From contig JBNRSN020000018.1 of NCBI GenBank assembly GCA_051313645.2, positions 28,954,001 to 29,018,000 of the forward strand: a stretch of 64,000 bases of DNA, in the 5' to 3' direction. The position numbers were made by a program, and so were the translations under genes. The first letter of the stretch is position 1; each line of letters begins with the position of its first letter. This document shows positions 36,370-48,788 of this stretch, piece after piece. The notes under the pieces were generated by a model, which was not told the DNA's origin, did no database searches, and worked only from the letters and a program-made list of their open reading frames with translations. Source of the DNA: Centroscyllium fabricii. Lineage: Eukaryota.

Positions 36370-36695
36370 GTTTAAAAAGGGAGAAACTGTCTTCACTGTC
36401 AGAAGGGTGGGTAGCCAGAGGACATTGATGTAAGGTGATTGGCAAAACAGCCAGAGGTGAAAGGAGGAGAAGTCTTTTTGCGCAGCGAGTGGTTGGGTAC
36501 GATCTGGAATGCACTGCCTGAAAGGGCGGTGGAAGCAGATTCATAGCAACATTCAAAGGGAATGGGATATACACTTGAAACTTGAAAGAATTGCAGGGCT
36601 GTGGGGAAAGAGCAGGGGTGTGGAACTAATTGGACGGCTCTTTCAAAGAGCCGGCACAGGCACGATGGGCCAAATGGCCTCCTACTGTACTGTAA
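36370..36695 (+). mobile_element. Old CR1 3' fragment
   Basis: CAGCGAGTGGTT...TGGAATGCACTGCCTGAAAGGG motif and CR1 3' UTR. Confidence 0.7.
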
Positions 36696-36696
36696 T

Positions 36697-37073
36697 ACAG
36701 AAACACAGAAGATAGGAGCAGGAGGAGGCCATTCGGCCCTTTGAGCCTGCTCCGCCATTTTGATGAGATCTTGGCTGATCATCCAAATCCAGCACCCCCC
36801 CACACTCCTACCCTCTCCCCATATCCCCCGACACCCCCAACTCTAGGAACTACACCTCACACACATACTCATGGGCAATTTTTTAGTATCTCCAATTCAC
36901 CTAACCGGCATGTCTTTGGGTGGTGGGAGGAAACCGGAGTACCCGGAGGAAACCCACACGGACACGGGGAGAACATGCAAACTCCACGCAGAGAGGTCCC
37001 GGGCCAAACAGGATTCGAACCCAGGAGCTCCTTATTGCGAGGCAGCAGTGCTAACCACTGCGCCACCGTGGCG
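36697..37073 (-). mobile_element. V-SINE (divergent HE1-like subfamily)
   Basis: Head CACGGTGGCGCAGTGGTTAGCACTGC...GGTTCGAATCC; V-domain; CR1-like tail. Confidence 0.85.
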
Positions 37074-37548
37074 TCCTGATTCTATGAACCTATAAACCTG
37101 GACCAGATTTTATTTTTAAGTCTTCTGGATAATTCTGTGTTAATCATTCCTGAGAGGTGATTTCTCACAGCAGAATGGAGAAGTCTCCGTTGCAGGAGAG
37201 TGAACAGATTTTCCGTTTACACTTAATAAATCTTTCAGTATTAATTAGTGAGGTGATGACTATCACTGCATGGAGCTATTTACTTATAATTCTTTTGTGA
37301 ATACTCTGATATTGTGTGATGTCAGAGACACTTAAGCTTTCTTGACAATATCAGCAATCTTCCTCATCTCCCACCCTCCGCAGCCCACCCCTCAAAAAAT
37401 GTCACCTTGTTTTCCCTGCACTTTCAAATAATATTATTTAAATAAAGAAAAGATTAATTGAATCTCTCACTGAGCACACATTTCCTGGATTTTCCCATAA
37501 CATGTCAGGAACAATGATTACCGATTCAAAATCTCTTCCAGATAGGGT

Positions 37549-38532
37549 ACATAGAACATACATAGAACATACAGCACTGTACAGGCCCTTGGGCCCTCAA
37601 TGTAGTGCCGCGCTTAGTCCGTCTCCGATTTTTCCTGTCCCCCCTACTCTTCCTTCCCCTCCATGTACCTATCTATCATCCTTTTAAAAGCTCCCAGACT
37701 GTCCACATCCACTATTTCAGATGGTAGCCTATTCCACTCCCCGACCACTCTCTGTGTAAAGAACTTGCCCCTGCCATCCCTTCTGAATCTTCCTCCTTGA
37801 ATCTTGTGCTCGTGCCCTCTTGTTGTCGTTCTTCCCACCCGGGGAAACAGTCTCTGCACGTTTACTCTATCGATCCCCTTCATCATCTTGAACATCTCTA
37901 TTAAGTCCCCCCTCTTCCTTCTCCGCTCCAGGGAGAAGAGTCCCAGCTCCCTCAACCTCTCCTCGTACGACTTTCCCCCCATTCCCGGCAGCATCCTGGT
38001 GAATCTCCTCTGTACCCTCTCCAACGCCTCCACATCCCTCCTGTAGTACGGTGCCCAGAACTGCACACAGTACTCCAAGTGTGGTCTCACCAGTGACCTG
38101 CACAGCTGTAGCATGACCTCCCGGTTCTTAAACTCTAATCCCCTGTTGATGAAGGCCAATACACCATAGGCCTTTTTTACTGCCTTATCCACCTGGGTGG
38201 CAGCCTTCAATGATCTGTGTACATATACTCCCAGATCCCTTTGCTCCTCTGCTTCGCTCAGGACCCTGCCGTTGACCCTATATTCCCTATTCCTATTTAC
38301 ATCACCTCGCATTTCCCCGTGTTGAACTCTATTTGCCATTCTTCAGCCCAGCTCTGCATGCTATCTATATCCCTCTGAAGCCTTCTACTTCCTTCCTCCT
38401 CGTCCACTACTCCCCCAATCTTTGTGTCATCTGCAAATTTGCTGACCCACCCCTCAGTCCCCTCCTCCAAGTCATTGATAAAGATTACAAATAGTAGTGG
38501 CCCCAACACCGACCCCTGTGGCACCCCACTGG
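37549..38532 (-). mobile_element. CR1 LINE 3' fragment (ORFs 38297-38524 and 37644-38339)
   Basis: [23 protein letters not shown]; nearly identical to 7869-8661. Confidence 0.92.
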
Positions 38533-38761
38533 TAGGGGGGGCAAAAAGCTCTGGATTCCTTCAAGAGGCTGTTAGAGGCTGTGGGGGAGCAATTGTAGTT
38601 TTCTGTGGATACATTAGATGGGCTGAATGGTGTTCCTCATCTGCCCATTAAGGCAATAACACAAGCAACCTTCTGCGCTTCCTCCTCACTGTGGTGTATC
38701 CAAAATGGAGGCAAATGGACACTCCCTCCTCTTAATCCAGTCAATATAAATTGTAGTCTTT

Positions 38762-39504
38762 GGGGGCTAAATTGGCACTCTAGCGCCAGCCCATTAGCGC
38801 CCGAAATGGGCGCTAATCGGGCACCACATAATTAGCGCTATAAATAACGGCCAGCGCTAAATTTAGCTGGGCGCTAAGTTGGGGGCTAACTAGTAGCGCC
38901 CCAATGAATTTAGCGCCCAGCTGGACGTCGAGAATGACGTTATCAGGCCGTGCAGTGCCTGGCAGGCGCCCGCAGCCAAAATTGGGCAGTGCACGCCATC
39001 TTGTCCCTGGGCGCTGCCCGCGCCAGCTTTCCCTGGCCGAAAAAGCAGCACTCGAGCGCTGCTTAAAGGGAAGTGCGATGGTCGGCCATTTTTTATTGCT
39101 AGCCGACCACCAGCACCTTCCCCCTCGGCCTCCCCTGGCCTCTCCCGCTGCTCCCCCGGCGGGCTGAGGCCTCCGTCAGCTGAGCCCGGCACTTCCCTCC
39201 AGTGCCGGGCTCATTCTCCGGCTCCTGCTACCTCAGCGGCCCCGCGGGGCTCCGGCCGCAGCCGCGCTAGGCCCCTCCCCTTTAATGGGGAGGAAGGCCT
39301 GCCGTTCCGCGGGCCGCCGCTGCGGCCTCAGTCGCGCAGCGCTGCCGCAATGGCCCAGTATTCGGCCGCCTCGCACTAAGAGTGAGGCGGCCCGCCCGAT
39401 TCAGCGCCCGTCCACCCGTAATGGGCGATGTGGCCAATTTCGGCATTTTTAGCGCCAGCTCATCGCTCATCATAAAAATGTGTGCGCTGACCAATTTATC
39501 CCCC
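38762..39504. mobile_element. GC-rich Harbinger-type MITE
   Basis: TIRs GGGGGCTAAATTGG / CCAATTTATCCCCC; repeated TAGCGCC/GGCGCTA motifs; paralog at 60895-61562. Confidence 0.8.
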
Positions 39505-39514
39505 ATTGAGTCAT

Positions 39515-40895
39515 AACAGCTCAGAAGGAGGCCATTCGGCCCATCGAGTCTGTGCCGGCTCTCTGTAGAGCAATCCAGTCAGTCCCATTTCCCCGCTCTA
39601 TCCCCGTAGCCCTGCAAGTTTATTTCCCTCAACTGCCTATCCAGACTCCCCTTGAAAACATTGAGTGTCTCCGCTTCCACCACTTCTGTCGGCAGCCAGT
39701 TCCAGGTCCTCGCCACTCGCTACGTGAAAATGTTTATCTTCACGTCCCCCCTGTATCTCTTGCCCAAAACCTTAAATCTGTGTCCCCTAGTTCTTGTACC
39801 ATCAACTAGTGGGAACAGCCTTCCCCGTCTAGCCTATCCAAACCCGTCATAATCTTGTACACCTCTATCAAATCACCCCTCAACCTCCTTTGCTCTAATG
39901 AAAACAAATCCATCTTCTCCATCCTGTCCTTGTAGCTAAGATCCCCCATCCCTGGAACCATTCTGGTAAATCTCCTCTGCACCCTCTCAAGGGCCTTCAC
40001 ATCCTTCCTAAAGTGTGGTGACCAGAACTGGACACAATACTCCAGTTGTGGCCAAACCAGCGCTTTATAAAGGTTCAGCATAACTTCTCTATTTTTGTAC
40101 TCAATACTTCTATTTATGAAGCCCAAGATCCCATATGCTTTGCTAACCAGTCTCTCAACCACTCTCTGCCACCTTCAGGGACCTATGCACATTAACTCCC
40201 AGGCCCATCTGTCCGTGCACTCTCATTAAAACTGTGCCATTAAGTGTATATTGCCTCTCTCTGTTCTTCCTGCCAAAATGTATCACCTCACACTTCTCTG
40301 TATTAAATTCTTTCTGCCACTTGTCTGCCCATTCTACTAGCCTTTCTATGTCCTGTTGCAGTTGATTGGTTTTATCATCAATGTTTGCCACACCCTCAAG
40401 TTTGGTGTCATTGTCAAATTTAGAAATTCTACTCTGTATTCCAATATCCAGGTCATTAACATATATCAAAAAAAACACTGACCCTTGGGGAACACCACTG
40501 TCTACCATCCTCTAGTCTGAAAAACAGCCATTTACCACAACTCGCTGTTTTCTGTCCTTAAGCCAATTCCACATTCAAGCTGCCACTGACCCACCTATTC
40601 CATGAGCCTCAATTTTGTTAACCAGCCTTCTTTGTGGTACTTTGTCAAATGCCTTCCGAAAATCCATGCAGACAACATCCATTGCATTCTCTTCATCAAT
40701 TTTCTCTGTTACCTCATCAAAAAATTCAATTAGATTAGTCAAACCCGGTCTACCTTTTACAAATCCATGTTGGCTCTCCTTAATTAGCTTAAACCTCTCC
40801 AAGTGCCCGTTAATTCTTTCCTTGATTATTGTTTCTAAAACAGATGTTAAAATGACCAGCCTGTACGTACTAGAATTGTCTTTACACCCAATTAT
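39515..40895 (-). mobile_element. CR1 LINE fragment (RT domain, decayed)
   Basis: [36 protein letters not shown]. Confidence 0.88.
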
Positions 40896-41541
40896 TGAAA
40901 GTGTTTAGTAAGCCATTAAAACATGGACACACTCCCAAAGAACCCCCCTGCAATCATTGACACTCCCAGAGACCCCTGCAAACACTGACACTCCCAGAGA
41001 CCCCTGCAAACACTGACACTCCCAGAGACCCCTGCAAACACTAACACTCCCAGAGACCCCTGCAAACACTGACACTCCCAGAGACCCCTGCAAACACTGA
41101 CACTCCCAGAGACCCCCTGCAAAAACTGACACTCCCAGAGACCCCCTGCAAAAACTGACACTCCCAGAGACCCCCTGCAAACACTGACACTCCCAGAGAC
41201 CCCCTGCAAAAACTGACACTCCCAGAGACTCCCTGCAAACACTGACACTCCCAGAGACCCCCTGCAAACACTGACACTCCCAGAGACCCCCTGCAAAAAT
41301 TGACAGTCCCAGAGACCCCCCTGTAAACACTGACATGCCCAGAGACCCCCTGCAAACACTGACACTCCCAGAGACCCCCTGCAAACACTGACACTCCCAG
41401 CGACCCCCTGCAAAAACTGACACTCCCAGAGACCCCCCTGTAAACACTGACATGCCCAGAGACACCCCTGCGAACATTTACACTCCCAGTGACCCCCTGT
41501 AAACACTGACACTCTGCCAGAGACCCCCCTGCAAACACTGA

Positions 41542-42321
41542 GGCGTCAATTTTCCCATAGGTGCGGGCAATTGGTGGGTTTCGGGCAGGTCAGGGAGGCC
41601 CATGCAATTTTGGCTCAATTGGCCAATTAATTCCCTGCATGCGGGAACCCCTGCAAATTGACTGATTTCAGACAGAAAGCCAGCGGGGTTCCCATTGTGT
41701 AACCACCAGAGCCCTTGATTAACAAGTCTAAGTAGTTTGGATTGCTTGTATCTGTTGACTGAGTGCTTTGTGATGTCATAAAGCCCTGGAACCACAAGCC
41801 CTTGATTGACAAGTCTCAGTAGTTTTGATTGCTTGTATCCTCTTGACAGCTAGGGAAGACCTATCTGTCAATCAATGGAAATCAGCTGTAAGGTGAGTTT
41901 TTGAAAGGTTTTTTCCCACTGATCTGTTTCACCCTAGGGATACAGTTAGTCCCAATGCAGGCTGGAGCCCTGGGATGGCTTCTGCTGCAGCTGCTTGAAT
42001 GATAGTCAGGAAGTCACTAGTGTCCCTGCCAGGTTTCACCAGCGGGGTTTGAGACTGTTGGGTTATAGGAGGGAAATGCTTCAAAATCATGGGGGGCCCT
42101 TAAAATGACATTATACATGCCAATTAGAGGTCCCTAATGAGCCTAATGACCATCCCCACTGGCCGCTGGTGGGAAAGATTCGGGATGGCTTGACATGGCG
42201 GTGGGAAATCGCAAAGCAGTGGGAATCCAGCGAGGGGGGGGTGTCGGGATCCCCCGTTTTTTGTATTTTATGACCATTCCCGCTGAAAAGCCTGCCTCAC
42301 GGCTCACTGAAAGTTGATGCC
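41542..42321. mobile_element. Harbinger-type MITE inserted in the minisatellite; TSD TGA
   Basis: TIRs GGCGTCAATTTTC / GAAAGTTGATGCC; perfect 3-bp TSD at 41539-41541 and 42322-42324; related to 62155-62946. Confidence 0.85.
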
Positions 42322-43564
42322 TGACACTCTCCCAGAGACCCCCCCTGCGAACACTGACACTCCCAGAGACCCCCTGCGAACACTGACACACCCAGAGACC
42401 CACTGCAAACACTGACACATTCCCAGAGACCCCCTGCAAATACTGCCACTCCCAGAGACCCCCGCGAACATTGACACTCCCAGAGACCTCTGCAAACACT
42501 GACCCACTCCCAGAGACCCTCCTGCAAACACTGACACTCCCCCAAAGACCCACTGAAAACACTGACACTCCTCGAGACCCCCTGCAAACACTGACACTCC
42601 CATAGACCCCCCTGCAAACACTGACACTCTCCCAGAGACCCCTATACACTCTGACACTCCCAGAGACCCCCCTGTAAACACTGACACTCCCAGAGAGGCT
42701 CCTGCAAACATTGACACTCCCAGCGACCCCCCTGTAAACACTGACACTCCCCCAGAGACCCTCTGCAAACACTGACACTCTCCCAGAGACCCCGTGCGAA
42801 CATTGACACTCCCAGAGACCCCCCTGTAAACTCTGACACTCCCATAGACCCTCCTGCAAACACTGACACTCCCCCAGAGACCCCGTGCGAACATTGACAC
42901 TCCCAGAGACCCCCGCTGTAAACTCTGACACTCCCATAGACCCCCCTGCAAATGCTGACACTCTCCCAGAGACCTCTGTAAACTCTGACACTCCCCCAGA
43001 GACCCCTGCAAACATTGACACTCTCCCAGAGCCCCCTGTAAACTCTGACACTCCCCCAGAGACCCCCTGCGAACACTGACACTCCCAGAGACCCCCTGCA
43101 AACACTGACACTCCTAGAGACCCCTGTAAACTCTGACACTCTCCCAGAGACGCCCTGCAAACACTGACACTCCCCCAGAGACCTCCCTGTAAACTCTGAC
43201 ACTCCCCCAGAGACTCCCTGCGAACACTGACACTCCCCCAGAGACCCCCCTGTAAACTCTGACACTCCCCCAGAGACCCCCTGCGAACACTGACACTCCC
43301 AGAGACCCCATGTAAAGACTGACACTCCCCCAGAGATCCCCTGTGAACACTGACACTCCCAGAGACGCCTGTAAACACTGACACTCTCCCAGAGATCCCC
43401 TGCGAACACTGACACTCCTAGAGACCCCTGTAAACTCTGACACTCTCCCAGAGACGCCCTGCGAACACTGACACTCCCAGAGACCCCCTGTAAACACTGA
43501 CACTCCCCCAGAGATCCCCTGCGAACACTGACACTCCCAGAGACCCCTGCAAACATTGACACTC

Positions 43565-43685
43565 AATTCAATTCAATTCAATTCAAGTTGCTTTATTGGC
43601 ATGACAAGATACATCCTATGTTGCCAAAGCACAGAAAAAGAACATATACAGTTGGACATACAAATGCATAACCAGACGTATTGAA
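43565..43685 (-). mobile_element. Short 3' end of a (TTGAA)n-tailed LINE, distinct from the Rex1 UTR
   Basis: CATGCCAATAAAGC plus TTGAA repeats on -; flanked by TGACACTC on both sides. Confidence 0.7.
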
Positions 43686-45304
43686 TGACACTCTCCCAGA
43701 GACCCCCTGTAAACACTGACACTCCCCAGAGACCCCCTGTAAACACTGACACTCCCTGGACACCCCCTGTAAACATTGACACTCTCCCAGGGACCCTCTG
43801 CAAACACTGACACTTCCAGAGACCCCCCTGTAAACTCTGACACTCCCATAGACCCTCCTGCAAACATTGACACTCCCATAGACCCCCTGTAAACACTGAC
43901 ACTCTCCCAGAGACCCCCCTGTAAACACTGACACTCTCCCAGAGACCCCCTGCAAACATTGACACTCCGAGACCCCCCTGCAAACACTGACACTCCGAGA
44001 CCCCCCTGCAAACACTGACACTCCGAGACCCCCCTGCAAACACTGACACTCCCCCAGAGACCCCCCTGCAAACATTGACACTCTCCCAGGGACCTCACTG
44101 TAAACACTGACAATCCCCCAGAGACCCCCCTGTAAACACTGACACTTCCAGAGACCCCCTGCGAACACTGACACTCCCCAGAGACCCCCCTGCAAACATT
44201 GACACTCCCAGGGTATTTTATTATCATACAGCAACTCAAAATAATGTGCTAGGAAAGCAACAAAAATAGCATCGATGCATTTAAGCGTGAGCTCGATAAA
44301 CACAGGAATGAGGAAGGAATAGAGGAATATGCTGATAGGGTGAGATGAAGTAGGGTGGGAGGATCGTGTGGAGCCTAAACTCCGGTATGGACCAGTTGGG
44401 CTGAATGGTCAGTTTCTGTGCTGCACATTCTAGACAATTCGACATAAAATAGAAGACAATCGGGAATTTTTGATGGACCGTGCTGGTGGATTGCAGTCTG
44501 CCTGGCCTCAGATGGAGTGGAATCAGTTTGAAAAGCTCTGCTGTGACGCGATTGCCAAACAAGTCATAGGAAATTTTGTCAGTCGCCTATTTGCAACATT
44601 TTGAATACGTGACAGCTATGGGCCGATTTCCATCATTGTCCTACCTTGCATTGATCCTGGTAATGATCAGCCTCTTGCCTGTATTTGCTACCCAGCTGTT
44701 GTTTAAATAAATAAAGTAAATATTGCCGCTAAATGGATCAGCACTCTGACTCGAATAAGTTTTGTGGAGAACGATTAGATCACTGATGCCTAACGGCACT
44801 ATCAATGATCCAGATAATAGCAGAATTGATGACTGGTACAATGATGCTAATTAGTTCAACAGCCAATTTATTAAAACTGGGCTCGGACTCTCTCTCTCTC
44901 ATAATACCCATCAGAGCTGTTCATTTGCACAGCTGACTTACATTGAAATTTTGGCACAATTACATGGCAACTGAGCCAGGTGCTGATGGTGAAAGTTCTG
45001 GAAACCGGTTAAAACGAGGGCCATTGATGCCTCTAACTAGTATTATTGCTGTCAGTTTTCTCACTCTCGTAACAGTGGAGTCTGCCTCTCTGCATTGTGT
45101 GTAAACTACTTGATAAAGAAGGTATTCGATGCCTTGCCGCCCCCATTAACACCAGCGATGTGGTTGGAACCATTTTGAAAACACTGCTGCCTGTATCCTA
45201 ACTCACACCAAGTCCTGTTCACCCACCAGTCCCTGTGCTCCCGGTCCGGAATTGTCTTGATTTTTAAAATCGCCATCTTTGTGTTCAAATTTCTCTACAG
45301 CCTA

Positions 45305-45709
45305 CATAGAAACATAGAAACATAGAAACTAGGAGCAGGAGTAGGCCATTCGGCCCTTTGAGCCTGCTCCACCATTCAATGAGATCATGGCTGATCATCC
45401 AAACCCAGCACCCTGCCCCTGCCCTCTCCCCATATCCCTCGATCCCTATCGAGCCTGCACTGACACTTATCCCACCCTATCCCCGTAACCCCACATATTC
45501 AATCCCCCTAACACTAAGGGTCAATTTATCATGGCCAATCAACCTAACCCGCACATCTTTGGACTGTGGGAGGAAACCGGAGCACCCGGAGGGAACCCAC
45601 GCAGACACGGGGAGAATGTGCAAACTCCACACAGATAGTACCCGAGGCTGGATTTGAACCCGGGTCTCCAGTGCTGTGAGACAACAGTGCTAACCACTGT
45701 GCCACCGCG
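45305..45709 (-). mobile_element. Full-length HE1-like V-SINE
   Basis: Nearly identical to 35808-36215. Confidence 0.9.
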
Positions 45710-46377
45710 CTGCCCCTCCCCTCCCTATCTCTGTAACCGCCTCGCCCCTCCCTATCTCTGTAACCGCCTCTGACCCTACAACCCTCCGAGATCTCCACCC
45801 TCCTCCAATTCTGGCCTCTTGAGCATCCCCCGATTTCCCTCACTCCACCATTGGCGGCCGTGACCTCAGCTGCCGAGGTCCTAAGCTCTGGAATTCCCTC
45901 CCTAAATCTCTCTGCCTCTCTCCCTCTCTTTCCTCATTTCCTTAAAACCTACCTCTTTGACCAAGCTTTTGGCCATCAGTCCTAATATCTCTTTAGGTGG
46001 CTTGGTATCAAATTTTGTTTGATAATCGCTCCTGTGAAGCGCCTTGAGACACCTTAGTGCATTAAAGGTGCTCTATAAATGCAAGTTGTTATCTTATCTG
46101 TTCTGTGCCCGCTGACCTGCATTGGCTCCCGGTTAAGCAGCTCTTTGATTTCAAAATTCTCATCCTAATTTTCAAATCCCTCCATGGCCTCGCCCCTCCC
46201 TATCTCTGTAACCTCCTCCAGCCCAACAAACACCCGAGATATCTGCGCTCCTCAAATTCTGCCCTCTTGAGCATCCCTGATTAGAATCGCTCAACCATTG
46301 GTGGCCGTGCCTTCTGTTGCCCGGGCACTAAGCTCTGGAATTCCCTGCCTAAAACTCTCCACCTTGCTACCTCTCTT

Positions 46378-46937
46378 TGAGTATTGTGTGCAGTTTTGGT
46401 CGCCGCATCTGAGGAAGGATGTTCTTGCCATGGAGGGAGTACAGCGACGATTCACCAGGCTGATACCTGAGATGGCAGGAATGACTTATGAGGAGAGATT
46501 GTGTAGTCTGGGCTTATACTCGCTGGAGTTTAGAAGATTAAGAGGGGATCTCATCGAGACTTATAAAATTCTGTCAGGCGTGGACAGGTTAGATGCAGAA
46601 AGGATGTTTCCGATGGCCGGGGAGTCAAGAACCAGGGGGCATAGTCTAAGGATAAGGGGTAAGCCTTGTAGGACTGAGATGAGGAGGAAATTCTTCACAC
46701 AGAGAGTGGTGAACCTGTGGAATTCCTTGCCACAGAGGGCGGTGGAGGCCAGTTCATTGAATATATTCAAGAGGGAACTAGATATATTTCTTCAGGCTAA
46801 AGGGATTAAGGGATATGGGGAGAAGGCAGGGACTGGGTACTGAACGTGTAAGATCAGCCATGATCTCGTTGAATGGCGGAGCAGGCTCGAAGGGCCGAAT
46901 GGCCTACTCCTGCTCCTATCTTCTATGATTCTATGAT
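46378..46937 (+). mobile_element. CR1 3' fragment inserted in an L2 copy
   Basis: EYCVQFWSPHLRKD...GDLIETYK...FFTQRVVNLWN; (TTCTATGA)n tail. Confidence 0.88.
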
Positions 46938-47394
46938 TTCCTTCTTTAAGACGCTCCTTAAAACCTACCTCTTTGACCGAGTTTTTGGCCACCTGCCCTA
47001 ATTTATCCTTATGTGGCTCGGCGTCAAATTATGTGTCTTAAAATACTCCTGTGCAGCACCTTGGGACATTTTACTCAGTTAAAGGCGCTATATAAATACA
47101 AGTTGTTGTTGTTGTTGTTGAAAGGGGCCTACTGCTAGGTGTCCAAAGCATCTGCCATTTTCAGGCAATAAGCCCCTTTTAATATGGCAATCAGGGTCCT
47201 ATGATGTAAGTAGGAACCCGAATGCCATCTTACGTGGGGACTGTTTGGAGCCGCACTGCGCTCACTCTGACCAGTTCCACGGGCGAAGGAACCAAAGAGG
47301 CCCGGCCAGAGGCAAGTGGAGAATTATTTTTATGGGCCCTGGAGGAATAGAAGAGGGTTGTTGCCCCCCTGGGAGCTCCACCCGCTGCGATTGC

Positions 47395-47592
47395 TAATCA
47401 ACATCACTAAAAAACAGATAGGTCTGGTCATTGTCACGTTGCTGTTTGTGGGATCTTGCTGTGCGCCAATTGGTTGCCGCGTTTCCTACAATACAACAAT
47501 GACTACACTTCGAAAAGTACTTCATTGGCTGTAAAGCGCTTTGGGACATCCGGTGGTCGTGAAAGACGCTGTAGAAATGCAGGTCTTTCTTT
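47395..47592 (+). mobile_element. Deu-domain SINE 3' fragment
   Basis: CAACATCACTAAAAAACAGAT...GTTTCCTACA...GTAAAGCGCTTTGGGAC. Confidence 0.65.
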
Positions 47593-47930
47593 ATGAATAG
47601 CAAGCGAAGATTTTGAACAATAGAAAACCCAGTCATCTCCCCCTGACCTTCAATGGCACCACGAGCATCGAGTCCCCCATTATCAACATTTTGAAGATCA
47701 CTCTTGAGCAGAAGGTGGACTGGACCAGGCATATCAACTCTGTGATTCCGAGAGCAGTGCAGAGTTTAGGCCCTCTGCGTCAAGTGGCTTTTTAAATTCT
47801 TTTATTCATTGGGTGTCACCAGCAATGCCAGCATTTATTGCCCATCCCTAATTGCCCTTGAGAAGGTGGTGGTGAGCTGCCTTCTTGAACTGCTGAAGTC
47901 AGTGTGGTGAAGGTGCTCCCACAGTGCTGC

Positions 47931-48470
47931 TTCAATTCAATTCAATTCAAGTTTTATTGTCATTGCAGAGTACTAGTACAATACAACGAGACGAAGACTC
48001 GACTCTCCCGAGAGTAGTGCAAATAAAATAAATAAATTACATGCAAATTGCATACAGTAAAGTACATTATCAGGCGTGCAGGTACCGGAGTTTCTTTTTA
48101 GAGTTCAGGAGGCTAACAGCCCTGGGGAAGAAGCTGTTCTGAAATCTAGTCGTGCGGGTGCAAATTGCTCTGTAGCGTCTCCCGGAGGGCAGGGGGGTGA
48201 ACAGACTGTGGCTGGGGTGTGTGGGGTCTTTAATAATGTTCAGAGACCTCCGTAAGCAGCGTTTGAGGTAGATGCTTTCCATTGACGGTAGCTGTGTACC
48301 GGTAATTCGTTGGGCAGTTTTGACTACCCGCTGCAGGGTTTTCCGGTCCGAGATAGTGCAATTACCATACCAGACAGTGATGCAGCTTGTCAGTATGCTT
48401 TCTATTGTGCAGCGGTAGAAGTTGGAGAGGATGCCGGATGACAGCCTGGCTTTCTTCAGCTTCCTTAGGA
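47931..48470 (-). mobile_element. Rex1/Babar LINE 3' fragment
   Basis: (AATTC)n tail; ORF 48070-48282. Confidence 0.9.
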
Positions 48471-48788
48471 AGTGCTAGGGAGGGAGTTCCAGGATTTTGA
48501 CCCAGCGATGATGAATGATCGGTAATATACTTCTAATTCAGGATGGTGTGTGACTTGATGGGGAACTCGGAGGTGGTGGTGTTCCCATGCGCCTGCTGCC
48601 CTTGTCCTTCTAGGTGGAAGAGGTCGCAGGCTTGGGAGGTGCTGCCGAAGAAGCCTTGGCGAATTGCTGCAGTGCATCTTGTAGATGGTACACGCTGCAG
48701 CCACGGCACGCCGGTGGTGGAGGAAGTGAATGTTTAAGGTGGTGGATTGGGTGCCAATCAAGTGGGCTGCTTTGTCCTGGATGGTGCC

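Larger units (their letters stand above)
40925..44210. repeat. Minisatellite of ~29-34 bp units (CTGCAAACACTGACACTCCCAGAGACCCC), interrupted twice
   Basis: Directly visible tandem array; insertions at 41542-42321 and 43565-43685. Confidence 0.95.
45140..47118 (+). mobile_element. Cluster of L2-type LINE 3' fragments with nested SINE and CR1
   Basis: CTCTGGAATTCCCT, CTTAAAACCTACCTCTTTGACC, GGCGCTATATAAATACAAG(TTG)n ends at ~46090 and ~47118. Confidence 0.7.

Noticed and set aside
40905-44303. Many Cys/Gly-rich ORFs (GLWECQCLQG repeats)
   Set aside because: Translations of a minisatellite with frame-shifting unit lengths.
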